Under the pieces are notes generated by a model. It worked only from the letters and a program-made list of their open reading frames with translations, ran no database searches and was not told the DNA's origin. From Gekko japonicus (taxonomy: Eukaryota): 64,000 nucleotides of DNA. Both the position numbers and the translations under genes were made by a program. Shown here piece by piece: positions 26,777-37,749 of the stretch (its first letter is position 1; every line of letters begins with the position of its first letter). Location: NCBI RefSeq assembly GCF_001447785.1, contig NW_015170905.1, positions 866,436-930,435 of the forward strand, given 5' to 3'.

Positions 26777-28298
26777 ATTTTTAAGCCCCCCGTAGGAGAT
26801 TTTTTATTGCATTTTCTATAAACTACAAAGAAACAAGGGAAGGTATCTACAAACTATGGGAGAAAGTAAAGAAACCTACTAAAAACCCAAGAGATGGAGG
26901 TTATACAATGCTTAAACAAATTAGCGTTGACTTTTTTTAACAAACACAATTTGTAAACGTTGAAAGTGATCTTCAAATCTTTCGCTTATGGTGTCCAATC
27001 CAGCAAATCCGACTATACAAAGACTAATACAAAAGCTCAATTATTAAACCGCTTTAGCAAACAATGGAAAACATCAGCATCTCATATTAACAATCTCATC
27101 CCCCCCCCCCAAAGCCTTATTTGGGAAATTTAAAAAAATTCCTCATATTAAAGTCCTCTTCAGTAAATGTGATTTCTATCTTGTTTTCTCTTCCTTCATA
27201 ACTATCATCCTCTACTTAGTCTTCTACTCCCATTGTCCAATGTTATTGCAGAATTGATGATAATCCAATTTTTAAGATTAAGTTCATTTTTCTATTGTTG
27301 TTTCCCTTTAAACATTAATATTTGTGGTCATCATATCCTCTGGGGAATCTAATCACAGTCTCACCGGGCAGACCAATACTTGGATATGTCCATAGATCAT
27401 ATCCTCGCTATATAAACCACTTTTAATCTTAGACTGGTCCCAAAACTTCCTTTAAAACTTGCCTTAGATTCTCCTCTTCGCTTCCTCAAAGTCTGCATAG
27501 TCTCCACATCGCTTATTATTCCCATTTGCAATTTAAAGGTAATTCTCGAATAATGTCTCTATCCTACTGCAAAGCCTTACAATTGACTCCAATGCAATGA
27601 AATTTAGTTTACAGTCTAGGATATGGTGCCAAACATTTATACTTTAGAAGAGTCTGATTGTTTCTGGTCATATGACCTAAATGACAAAGCACACAGTTCC
27701 TAAAGAAGGCTAAGACTCCATTCCGCTTTCAATCACCATTTTGGGTTTTTTTTAATTTTTAAAATTTTTGCTCGAGTCCTGAATGTTTGCTTGATTGCTT
27801 GGACGCCTCTTGAAAACTTTTTACAATAATCCAAAGTCACTTTTTTCACACACACACACCCCAATCCTGTTTCAGTACTCTGATGCATGTGCACAGGGGA
27901 GAGTTTCCTCCCACCCTCACTTTCTCGGGGCTTCAGGCGCTTTTCTGCTGTCTTCGCTTTAACCAAACTCATGATTCAACGTCGATCTCGGCATCGCCGC
28001 AGGAATCTTGCCATAAAATACAGGTAACGCTAAACCTCCAAACACTTGTCCCAGTGGGTCCCAGTGTGTGACCCTGAGTCCAATGCTGGAAACTCAGTGG
28101 CGGGACTGTTGGGGCAGGGAGTAGCCCCCCTTCGCCAGCTGGTTGCCAGAGGAAGGGCTCTCCAAACGCCCCATTGCTAGGAGCCCAAAGCAAGGGCTCC
28201 AGGGAGGATGCGGAAGGTCACACCCCCTCCCATCTGTTAGTTCATGGCACACGTCTCTCGGAGCTCTGAGAAGCCACGGCCATTGTTAGAGTGCCGAA
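26777..28298 (-). mobile_element. Non-autonomous retroelement Z (~1.5 kb) inserted in L1 ORF2
   Basis: 20-bp TSD gtctggttg(g/a)atatttattt at 26757-26776 and 28299-28318. Minus-strand 5' end is CpG-rich with AACAATGGCCG. 3' end AATAAAAAATCTCC-TACG-GGGGGCTT-A(n). Confidence 0.8.
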
Positions 28299-28775
28299 GT
28301 CTGGTTGAATATTTATTTTAAAGAACTCTTGAATATCTATTTTAGTTTTTTTAACAAATTGTTGGTCACACAGTAAATTTTTATTCATGAACCATATTTA
28401 CCATTAACATCCTTTTACTCTGTCTTGTGATGGTAACTGCAACAATTCTTCCATCATTTGATGTATAAGTTAGTTCTGGAGATAAGCATTCTTTGACATA
28501 TATAGCTACACCCTTTTTCTTTTTTAAATCAGCAGCAAAAAATTCCCTTTTTTGCTATTAAATACTTTGTATCCTCTTTGTTAATGTGAGTTTCTTGTAT
28601 ACAAGTTATATCTGGTTTAAGTTTGTTTATTTATGTTCTATTTCTTTTGGGGGGGCTATTAAGTCCATTCACATTGACCGAGAGTATCTTGAGTTTATTC
28701 ATTGTCTCCATCTTTATTTACATTTTTTCTTGTCTTTTCTCTGTATTGGTATCTTGTGAGTATTTGTGAGGGGGT
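27851..28775 (+). repeat. Copy 1 of a ~920-bp direct duplication (5' part of Z plus start of L1 ORF2)
   Basis: By eye identical to 30224-31138 except a 10-bp indel (gtcccagtgg) and two C/T changes at CpG sites. Confidence 0.95.
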
Positions 28776-29656
28776 TAGGAGATATCCTGGCTTTCCTCCA
28801 AAGTGGGGTAGAGAAAGGTTTAAGTTCTAGTACCTTGAGGAGACAGGTGGCTGCTCTGTCGGCGGTGCGGGGAGCCAAAAAGGGGGTTTCCTTGGGGCAA
28901 CACCCACATATCAGGCGGTTCCTTAAAGGGACGGCTTCCCTTACTCCCCCGCAGGTGCACAGGTTTCCTACCTGGAGCTTGAACACAGTGTTAGATGCAC
29001 TATGCAAGGCCCCTTTTGAGCCTATGGCAGTATGTCCGTTGAAGGAACTCACCTTCAAGACAGTTTTCCTAGTAGGGGTTACCTCGGCCCGCAGGGTTTC
29101 TGAATTAAGGGCACTGTCGGTGCATAAAGAGCTGTGTATTTTTCATGCAGATAGAGTAGTCCTCAGACCGGATCCGGCATTCATCCCAAAAGTAAATTCA
29201 GTGTTCCATAGGGCTGAGGAGATAGTTCTTCCTGCCTTTTGTCAGAAACCTGTACACGAAAAGGAGAGACGCTGGCATCGGCTAGATGTCCGTAGAGCGT
29301 TAAGTTTCTATTTGGATAGGACCAAGGCTTTTAGGAAGTCGGAGTGCCTGTTTGTGTCCTTTAGGAAAAAGAGTCTGGGAAATCCCATTTCGGTGTCCAC
29401 CATTAGTAGGTGGGTGCGGGGCTGCATTACTGAGGCATATAAGGCTCAAGGGTTGGTGCCACCTGAAGGGGTTACTGCTCACTCAGTGAGGGGGGCGGCT
29501 ACGTCAGCAGCTTATCGAGCCTTTCCGTCCTTGGATGTGATTTGCAAAGCAGCTACCTGGAGGTCGGTTCATTCTTTTACAAGGCACTACAGGGTTGACA
29601 GGTGGGCCTCGGCTGAGGCAGCCTTTGGTAGGAGAGTACTGCAGCAGGCCTTGTAA
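28766..29656 (+). CDS. DIRS-type tyrosine recombinase, N-terminally truncated but uninterrupted over 296 codons
   Basis: Catalytic motifs TSARRVSEL (R), FIPKV (K), HSVR (HxxR), ATW (W) and FTRHY (Y). The start is a GTG at the junction with the L1 duplication, so translation is doubtful. Confidence 0.85.
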   Translation: MRGLGDILAFLQSGVEKGLSSSTLRRQVAALSAVRGAKKGVSLGQHPHIRRFLKGTASLTPPQVHRFPTWSLNTVLDALCKAPFEPMAVCPLKELTFKTVFLVGVTSARRVSELRALSVHKELCIFHADRVVLRPDPAFIPKVNSVFHRAEEIVLPAFCQKPVHEKERRWHRLDVRRALSFYLDRTKAFRKSECLFVSFRKKSLGNPISVSTISRWVRGCITEAYKAQGLVPPEGVTAHSVRGAATSAAYRAFPSLDVICKAATWRSVHSFTRHYRVDRWASAEAAFGRRVLQQAL

Positions 29657-30223
29657 ACACCGGAAATCGTTGGACCCACCCTGGGGAGGTACTGCTATTT
29701 TATGTCCCAGGAGTAAGGAGTCAAAGGACTGCCCCACTCCAAGGACCACCGGAGAACGGAAGATTTTATTCACTTACCGTGAAGCTTCCTTCTCGGTGGT
29801 CCTGGAGTGGGGCAGTCCTCCCCACCCGTTTGGAGGAACGAGTTCCGGTGGTTATCAAGGCCTGGTGATTAGCCGGGGATGTGAAGTGTGCCTGTATTGT
29901 TTTGTCTCTTCCTGGGTCTAGAACCCAGACTGGTCCTGTGGAACTGTTTATTTTTTCCTGTGTTGTTGGTTGAATAAAGTTCTTCTTGATTCATTAATAC
30001 CCGTGGTTGTTCCCCTTTATGGTTGGGGGGCAGAAGGGGTTCTTTTTTTGTATTCCTTATATGATATAGGTGTGGAATCGATTAGGGGAGGAGCTTGGCT
30101 TTGATTTCGACTGGTTGTCTACAGGACTAGCCCCTCCCCTCCAGGATCGAAAGTCAGCCGGCCCTGCGTTGGATGGGGGAGGGGCAAGTCCCAGGAGTAA
30201 GGAGTCAAAGGACTGCCCCACTC
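28776..30223 (+). mobile_element. Young DIRS1-like 3' fragment (YR, ICR and partial right ITR)
   Basis: Contains the YR ORF. The segment gtcccaggagtaaggagtcaaaggactgccccactcca is repeated at 29704-29741 and 30188-30225. Inverted pair ~29724-29762 / 29785-29819. Homologous to 18980-20370. Confidence 0.92.
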
Positions 30224-31138
30224 CACACACACCCCAATCCTGTTTCAGTACTCTGATGCATGTGCACAGGGGAGAGTTTCCTCCCACCCTCACTTTCTCG
30301 GGGCTTCAGGCGCTTTTCTGCTGTCTTCGCTTTAACCAAACTCATGATTCAACGTCGATCTCGGCATCGCCGCAGGAATCTTGCCATAAAATACAGGTAA
30401 CGCTAAACCTCCAAACACTTGTCCCAGTGTGCGACCCTGAGTCCAATGCTGGAAACTCAGTGGCGGGACTGTTGGGGCAGGGAGTAGCCCCCCTTCGCCA
30501 GCTGGTTGCCAGAGGAAGGGCTCTCCAAACGCCCCATTGCTAGGAGCCCAAAGCAAGGGCTCCAGGGAGGATGCGGAAGGTCACACCCCCTCCCATCTGT
30601 TAGTTCATGGCACACGTCTCTCGGAGCTCTGAGAAGCCACGGCCATTGTTAGAGTGCCGAAGTCTGGTTGAATATTTATTTTAAAGAACTCTTGAATATC
30701 TATTTTAGTTTTTTTAACAAATTGTTGGTCACACAGTAAATTTTTATTCATGAACCATATTTACCATTAACATCCTTTTACTCTGTCTTGCGATGGTAAC
30801 TGCAACAATTCTTCCATCATTTGATGTATAAGTTAGTTCTGGAGATAAGCATTCTTTGACATATATAGCTACACCCTTTTTCTTTTTTAAATCAGCAGCA
30901 AAAAATTCCCTTTTTTGCTATTAAATACTTTGTATCCTCTTTGTTAATGTGAGTTTCTTGTATACAAGTTATATCTGGTTTAAGTTTGTTTATTTATGTT
31001 CTATTTCTTTTGGGGGGGCTATTAAGTCCATTCACATTGACCGAGAGTATCTTGAGTTTATTCATTGTCTCCATCTTTATTTACATTTTTTCTTGTCTTT
31101 TCTCTGTATTGGTATCTTGTGAGTATTTGTGAGGGGGT
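30224..31138 (+). repeat. Copy 2 of the ~920-bp direct duplication
   Basis: See copy 1. Continues seamlessly into the L1 ORF1/ORF2 spacer at 31139. Confidence 0.95.
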
Positions 31139-31149
31139 GAAGTTTGTTC

Positions 31150-32188
31150 TTTTTTTCCCCTTTAGTCCGTCCTTTCTTTTTAGCTTCTTCTGCTTTGGGG
31201 TCATTTGTTTCTTCCTCATTTTCACTCTCCTCCTCTTCTTCTCCTTGCCATCCTACGTTTTCTCCAAACCTTTCCAGAAATTCTTTCCTTTAAATATTGA
31301 ATCAATTTTATGCCTTCGACCTTGGTAGTTGAATAATATTACTTCTGGAAATAACCATCTATATGAAATTCCATTTGACTGTAACAGATTGGTTAATACA
31401 GAGTAACTTTGCCTTTTTTCCCTAACCCTCCATGGCACATCCTTTAAAATTTTAATCTCTTTATCTTGTATAATCACTTTAGTGTTATTTGAGGCTTTCA
31501 GTATTTTATCTTTCATGTATCTTCTGTTAAATTTAATGTGGACCTCCCTAGGTATTTTATTCCTCCTTGCATAAGAGGTATTTTTTCCTATAGATAGCTT
31601 TTATTTTACGTTCCAGCTCTTCATAGTTTTCTATATTCAGTTATTGTGATAAGTTCTGTATTAAGTCCTCTTTCAGACTTTTCTCTAGAGTTTCAGGGAT
31701 GTTTTGGCACCTTAAGACCAAGGAAGCTTTGTCCATTTCCAAAGTCATCAATGTCTCTTCCATTCTTTCCACTTTTTGTTTTACTTCTTGTACCTCTTGA
31801 TCTACATCTTGTAGTTTGTCTTCTATATTATTACATGCTAAAGCAATTTTTAATATCTCTTGCTTATTTTCGGTTATTTGTTTTTTATATCTTCTCTTTC
31901 TGTTGTAATCTATTGTGCTATGTTTTCTGTTTTTGTTTGTATAGGTTCTAATTCCTTTTTAACCATTTCTCCCATTTTTGTTTGTATTGGTTCAATTTCT
32001 TTCCTAATTAGTTCTGGCAGTGTTGTATTTACTGTATTTTTAATAGTTTGTGCCATACATTCTTGTATGAGCATTTTAAAGTCTTTTATTGACATCTGTG
32101 CCATATTTGTAGTGTTAAATTTGAGTTGTGTTTGGGCTCTTGTTTGTCCCGGTGAGGTTAGGGATGATTTTCTGGAACTACTAGCCAT
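31150..32188 (-). pseudogene. L1 ORF1p remnant (coiled coil plus Transposase_22-type C-terminus)
   Basis: MASSSRKSS...KEIEPIQTK repeats, then KDKILKAS...IKILKDVPWRVREKRQ...YRWLFP. Contains stops and frameshifts. Confidence 0.85.
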
Positions 32189-35168
32189 TGTTATTATTTA
32201 GTACTATGATTCTATAGTGCTTTTCTAGTATAGTGTCCTCTCCTTTCTTTATATTCTTATCACAAAGTTTGTTCTTATGTTAAAAAGCAGTATTAGTTAA
32301 AGTAATGCCTAGTTGCTTTGTCTTGTTTTTTGTTTAAATTTCACAGTCTGGCTGTCTTTATTTCATATGTCTCTTCTCCTGTCTTTCCTCTTTCTCTTTC
32401 TGCTGCACTTCCATTCTCTTTAATGTGTCGCGTCCCCTTCTCTCTCCTCCTGTGTTGTATTACACCCTCTTCCTCACTCGTCTCAAGTTTCACGGTGTCA
32501 TGGTTTCATTTTTCCTTCCCCTCGTCTTTTCTCCTAAGTTTTCTGTGGAACATTACCTAAAAGGTAAGCAACCAAATGAGAAAGAAGGCTGTAATATATC
32601 TAATCTCTGAATGTTTTAAATGCTTTTACCTCTTATTATTACCCTCTTTATTTTTAAATTTGCCTAGTCATCCTGCTAATGGCCGCTTTAAAGCCTTCCC
32701 TTCCCTTCCTTCTTTTCCCTTTATACTGGCTTGGGGTAATATTAGTTTACTCAATGGTCCTGTAATATATATTGTCTCTTCGACAAATGAATAAGCTTTA
32801 AAGAAACTTAGCTTCGTTGGAGCTTTTGTTTTCTGTATTTTAAAGACTCTATTGGTCCTGTAGAGTTCATCTTGTGTAGTCAAGCGTCCCTCCTCCACCT
32901 TCCGCATAGAAACAGTCCCAAATTCACCAAGAAGGTTGCCATTCTATCTTGGGTTTTGGAGCAAGCTTCTTGCTTTCGGTTTTCCCCTCCAAGGGAGTAC
33001 CTCTGAGGGTGTAAGAATTTTCCTAGAAGGCTGTGGGAAAATTCAGCAGATGAGCAGCTGCCGCTACAAGCATCTGCTCTCGGTGAGCCCCCAAGACTCA
33101 GGCTTTCTGATACCAAATCTCTCTATCTCAAATGTAATTAATGAACTGGAGCCGGCATTCATACACAAACAATTTGAGGAACCTAACAGAAAAGCTGAAC
33201 ACAAGTCTGACCAGATGGCTTTATATGTAAATAATGAAAGTAAAGTAACTTATTACTCATGTGGAAGATAAGGGTGTAGTAAAAAGAACTGTAATGCTTT
33301 CAAACACAAGGATGCCCCTCCAAAACAAACAAAAAAGGGTGAATTTGAAACAACAACCCCTAAAGAAGTGCTTCATATTAACAAATGGTACAACCAAAAC
33401 ATATGGTTTTTAGATAGTGCATGCTCGATGCACATGATTGAGCACAGAGAATTCTTTGAAACTCTAAATGCAGAGAGAAAAGAAACACTGAGTATAGTTG
33501 ACGGAAGGTCTGTTATGGCAGAATCTGGATCTGGAAATATTAAGTGCAGCCTCCCAAATGGACAGATAAAAGAAATCCTTGTTGAGAACTGTTTATATGG
33601 GCCACAACTAGCAAATAATTTAATCTCAGTGAGAGTTTTTGCAAAAAGAGGAATAATAGCCTCATTAGGGAATAAATGTCTGACTAAACAAAATGGAGAA
33701 CTCACTGCAACAAGCAGAGTGCAGGAAGACTTGTATGCTTCAGACATATGCACGAAGTGCAAACTTGACCGAGAGCTGCAACTGTAAGAAATGCTCCTGG
33801 GTGTGGCATAGGAGATTGGAGCATAGAGGCAATTATGCTATTGCCCAGCTTGAAAACCAGAATTTAACAAAGGGCATGCAAATAAATACATGTACCGTTG
33901 AGAGGAGTTGCATACATTCATTCAAGCAAAACGGACGAGACCAAGTTTCAGCAAAAAGCCAAACAAAGTGCCCTCTGGAGCTCATTTACAGTGATGTTTA
34001 TGGTCCAATGGGAAAAGTGACCCCTAGTGGAAACAAGTATATCTTAACTTTAATTGACGATTTATCCAAATATATAGTTATCTATTTGATCAGGGAGAAG
34101 AATGAAGTATTCAAGAAACTGAAAGCATATGTTGCAATGGTTAGCAACAGGTTCCAGAAGAAATCACTGGTGATCTAAACTGACCGTGGTGGAGAGTACA
34201 TTGGACATGACATAAAAAGGTACTTGGCTGAGCAAGGTATAGATCACCAACTCAGTACTCCATACTCTCCAGTACAAAATGGTGTAGCTGAAAGAAATAA
34301 CCAGTCTTTGACAGAAATGTGTAGATGCATGTTGCTAGAAGTGGATCTACCAGAGATGTACTGGGGTGAAGCCATTAACACAGCCACATCTACAAAACCG
34401 GCTACCTACAAAAGGTGCCAAACGCACACCAAATTAATTATGGGCAAAAACCTAGCATGAAGCATCTAAAGGTTATTGGGTCAAACATCTTTGCCTACAT
34501 ACCCAAAGAGAAGTGGTCCAAGTTGTATCTAAGGACTGAGCACGGTATCTTTGTTGGATACACCTTGGGATGTAAGGGATATAGAATTCTTCACCCAAAG
34601 ACACAAACCATAAAAATTTGCAGTGTAGTCTTCATATATGAAAAAGAAAAATTAAAAATAACATAAAATGTAGACATCATTGAATCTACACTGATGGAAC
34701 AAAATAAAGTGCAAGAGCCAGAAGAAGTGCGCCTAAACACTATGGATTGTGGAGATGTCACATCAAGAGAACCTCAGGAACCAGAAGGAGATGCAGGACA
34801 ACAGATCAGATGATCAACTATAACCAACAAAGGTGACCACCGAGGAGACTCTCCTACATGACAAAAACAAAGACTGAGACTGAACCCTCTACATGGGAAT
34901 ACATAAACAAAATGCACACTGACCAAGCAGAAAAATTAAGGAAGACAGCAGAAGGAGAGATTAAATCTCCAAGGGATATTTGCAGAATCTCCTCCAGAAA
35001 GGAAGATGAAAGTGGATTTTCTAAAAGAAGGAACTGTTGAACTAAAATATTGTTCCACCGAGAACATGATTGCAGATGTCCTTACCAAACCACTTCCTCA
35101 TAATAAATTTGAGATTCTACGAAGAACAATGAATCTGGTGGACGAGCACAACAGATCTTGAGAAGGGG

Positions 35169-35455
35169 TGTTGGAATATGCAAGTTCTATAGGGCAGCCT
35201 TATGAAGACCTGGAGATCACCCTACGGGGGGACAGCTGAAGGACTGTTAGTGAGCACAGCTAGACTAGAGATTTTCCACTTTTTCAAACCATGTCCTTGC
35301 TGTCTCCTGATTGACTCTTCTGGAGATTTCCTGCTCCTGTAGAGCTTCCTATTGCTCTTTATTCCTATCACAGCAGTTAGTTAGATAGGCTCTTTCTCTC
35401 TGTTCCATCAAATCTCCCTGTTCTTTAATAAACCAATTTATCTTTATTTAAACAG
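35169..35455 (+). repeat. Copia 3' LTR (right boundary uncertain)
   Basis: Begins TGTTGG directly after the polypurine tract and contains AATAAA near 35427. The segment tttatctt..tt..aaacag is echoed at ~20424-20442 (possible 5' LTR remnant). Confidence 0.6.
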
Positions 35456-35583
35456 TTGGTTTAGAATGGAAAATATGTATAAAAGATGTTGAAAGATTAT
35501 ATATTATTATTAAGAGCTGGACAGAAAATGGGAGACTTAACCAGTGTTGTATAAACTCTTATAATGGAAATCAGAAATAATTA

Positions 35584-36486
35584 GTTGTTGTGGATTTTCC
35601 GGGCTGTATGGCTGTGGTCTTGGCATTGTAGTACCTGATGTTTCGCCAGCAGCTGTGACTGGCATCCTCTGAGGTATAACCCAGAATGATGGGGTACTCT
35701 CTGTGTCAGTGTGAGAATAAAAATGGTAGGCAGGTAATGTATATCTACTCAGGAAGGTGGGGTAGGGCTGAGTCATTATCTTGTAGGAGTTTCCCAGGCT
35801 GTGACATGCTAATGGAGGAGCTTTCCTGAGGAGATTCTGTTGCGTATGGATTGGCTGTTGAAATTCTAATCTTATCTGTAGTGCTGTGGTAAAATGTAGC
35901 GCATTTTGTGTTTTTCAGGACAGGAAACCGCGCCCTATTTATTTTTAAACTCTCTTCTTTCCTATTGAAATTATGTTTATGAATTTCAATGGTTTCCCTA
36001 TGTAATCTGACATGATAATTGGATGTGTTGCTCAGCATTTCAGTGTCTTGAAACAAGGTATTGTGTCTTGTTTGAGTTAGGCTGTGTTTCTAGTCATGAA
36101 AAACACACTTAGGGCATGGTTTCCAGTCCTGAAAAACACAAAATACTCTACATCTCACAACAGCACTACAGATAAGACTAGAATTTCAACAGCCAATCCA
36201 TATGCAAAAGAACCTCCTTAGGAAAGCTCCTCCATTAGCATGTCACAGCTTGGAGAACTCCTACAAGATATGACTGAGCCCTACCCCACCTTCCTGAGTA
36301 GATATACATTACCTGCCTAACATTTTTCTTCTCCCATTGACACAGAGAGTACCCCATCTCTCTGTGTTATACCTCTCAAGATGCCAGGCACATCTGCTGT
36401 CAAAACGTCAGGTACTACAATGCCAAGATCATGGCCATACAGCCTGGAAAATCTACAACTCTGGCCATGAAAGCCTTCAACAACAT
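35584..36486. mobile_element. Penelope-like element with inverted arms and a GIY-YIG C-terminal fragment
   Basis: Minus-strand peptide FQDTEMLSNTSNYHVRLHRETIEIHKHNFNRKEESLKIN. ~35584-35925 is inverted at ~36120-36460. Perfect 14-bp TSD atcagaaataatta at 35570-35583 and 36487-36500. Confidence 0.9.
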
Positions 36487-36499
36487 ATCAGAAATAATT

Positions 36500-37400
36500 A
36501 TTTCACAAGTTTATAAATGGCACACAGGGGTGCATTAAAGGAGAAAATATTATCACGGGTAACCTGAATGGAATATTTAACCTAGATTTGGACACCCAAT
36601 CCCCCTCCCATACATAGAAGAAGAAGAGAAGAGATTGGATTTATAACCCGCCCTTCACTATCCAAAGGAGTCTCAGAGCAGCTTACAAACTCCTTTCTTT
36701 TCCCCTCCCCCCAACAGACACCCTGGGAGGTAGGTGGGGCTGAGAGAGCTCTGACAGAAACTGCTCTTTTTTTTCAAGAACATTTGTGCCAGAACTACAT
36801 CTTGCCCAAGGTCATCCAGCAGGTGCAAGTGGAGGAGTGGGGAATCAAACCCAGTTCTCCCAGATTAGAGTCCGCACACTTAACCACTACACCAAACTGG
36901 CTCTACTGTTCCTACTGTTTTTCAGAAATGGATTAATGACCAGAACATGATTGATAGTTTTAGTTTTAGAAAACAATCTACAAAGTTTTAGAAATCTACC
37001 TTTGTTCACATTTGTATGGAGTCTATTCAATGACTCTATTCAATGGAGTCTATTCAGTGACTGACTTCATATTTATATCTTCACAATTAATATAAAAATT
37101 AAAGTATGTGCAGATTGATCCAATGATCTATTCAGACAATGCACCAAATTATGCACAAATTACTTTCGTAAATATCAAGGCTAGGTCAATATGGAAATTT
37201 GATACATATTTACTTTTTAAAAATGAAGAAATTTGTGCTGGATGTGAAGAAAGAGGTCATATAGTCCTCAAAAGTTAATTATATAGAGGAAGATTTGGGC
37301 TGGGAGGCCTTTAAAGCATATATAATGGAGGGGGATTAATCGCAAAGCAGAATTAAATAGCAAAGCAGAGAATTTAAGCAATATTATTCAGATTGGTACA
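36500..37400 (+). mobile_element. Highly decayed L1-like endonuclease fragment, interrupted by the SINE
   Basis: Remnants IITGNLNGIF, DFIFISS, SDNAP and WKFDT. Confidence 0.45.
36616..36904 (-). mobile_element. Squam3-like CORE SINE
   Basis: Close copy of 2777-3056. Confidence 0.85.
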
Positions 37401-37749
37401 AGGGAGCCCAAATTGAGTATGAGGAAATACAGAAGTTTGTCTCTAAGATAGATGTGAAACAACTTGTGTTGCTCCTGCTGGCATACTAATTCAGCAGCAG
37501 TGTAGAAATACACACCAGTCCTAGGCAAGGAGCTTGTCCAGTGAAGAACAGAATCACACTTTAAATCCAAGCATGGTTTAGTCAGTTTATCAAGGCAGCA
37601 AATTCCAAAAGAGGTAATTACAGAATTTCGAGGGGAGGCACAATTAAAAGTGCATGAGGAGAAGGCAGATACAATAAATCACAGGAACAACACAGCTAAC
37701 TTGTGTTGCTTTGACTCCTTCTCAGCTGTTGCTTATAGCCCACCACCAA

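Larger units (their letters stand above)
20897..33110 (-). mobile_element. Near full-length L1 (LINE-1 clade), degraded, with four nested insertions or rearrangements
   Basis: 5' UTR ~32190-33110. ORF1 32188 to ~31150. ORF2 starts at 31065 (MNKLKILSVNVNGLNSPPKR), has RT motifs FLDAEKAFDNVNW, GSRQGCPLSP and AFVDD, and a C-terminal CWKC..GTFYHMWW. AATAAA near 20900. Confidence 0.92.
20427..35455 (+). mobile_element. Ty1/Copia LTR retrotransposon, split by an L1 insertion, RT largely deleted
   Basis: gag (20530-20870, KKLFSTRMPEEGNLREH...LILVSLPKSYEN) resumes at ~33110 with a degenerate CCHC knuckle. Protease WFLDSACSMHM, integrase LELIYSDVYGPM / TDRGGEY / PVQNGVAERNN, RNase H end CSTENMIADVLTKPL. 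PPT gagaagggg followed by the TG of the 3' LTR at 35169. PR-IN-(RT)-RH order indicates Copia. Confidence 0.9.

Noticed and set aside
28766-29656. Phage or prokaryotic integrase (HGT or contamination)
   Set aside because: It is followed by a DIRS ICR/ITR structure and is homologous to the YR of the DIRS relic at 18.9-19.9 kb, so it is a retrotransposon recombinase.
28766-29656. Domesticated recombinase gene
   Set aside because: No ATG at the start, an in-frame stop just upstream, N-terminus missing, and embedded in a very recent duplication. Intactness is explained by youth.
27851-31138. Direct repeats as LTRs of a novel YR element
   Set aside because: The repeats are chimeric local sequence (half of element Z, its TSD and the L1 ORF2 start). 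They lack TG..CA ends, PBS and PPT.
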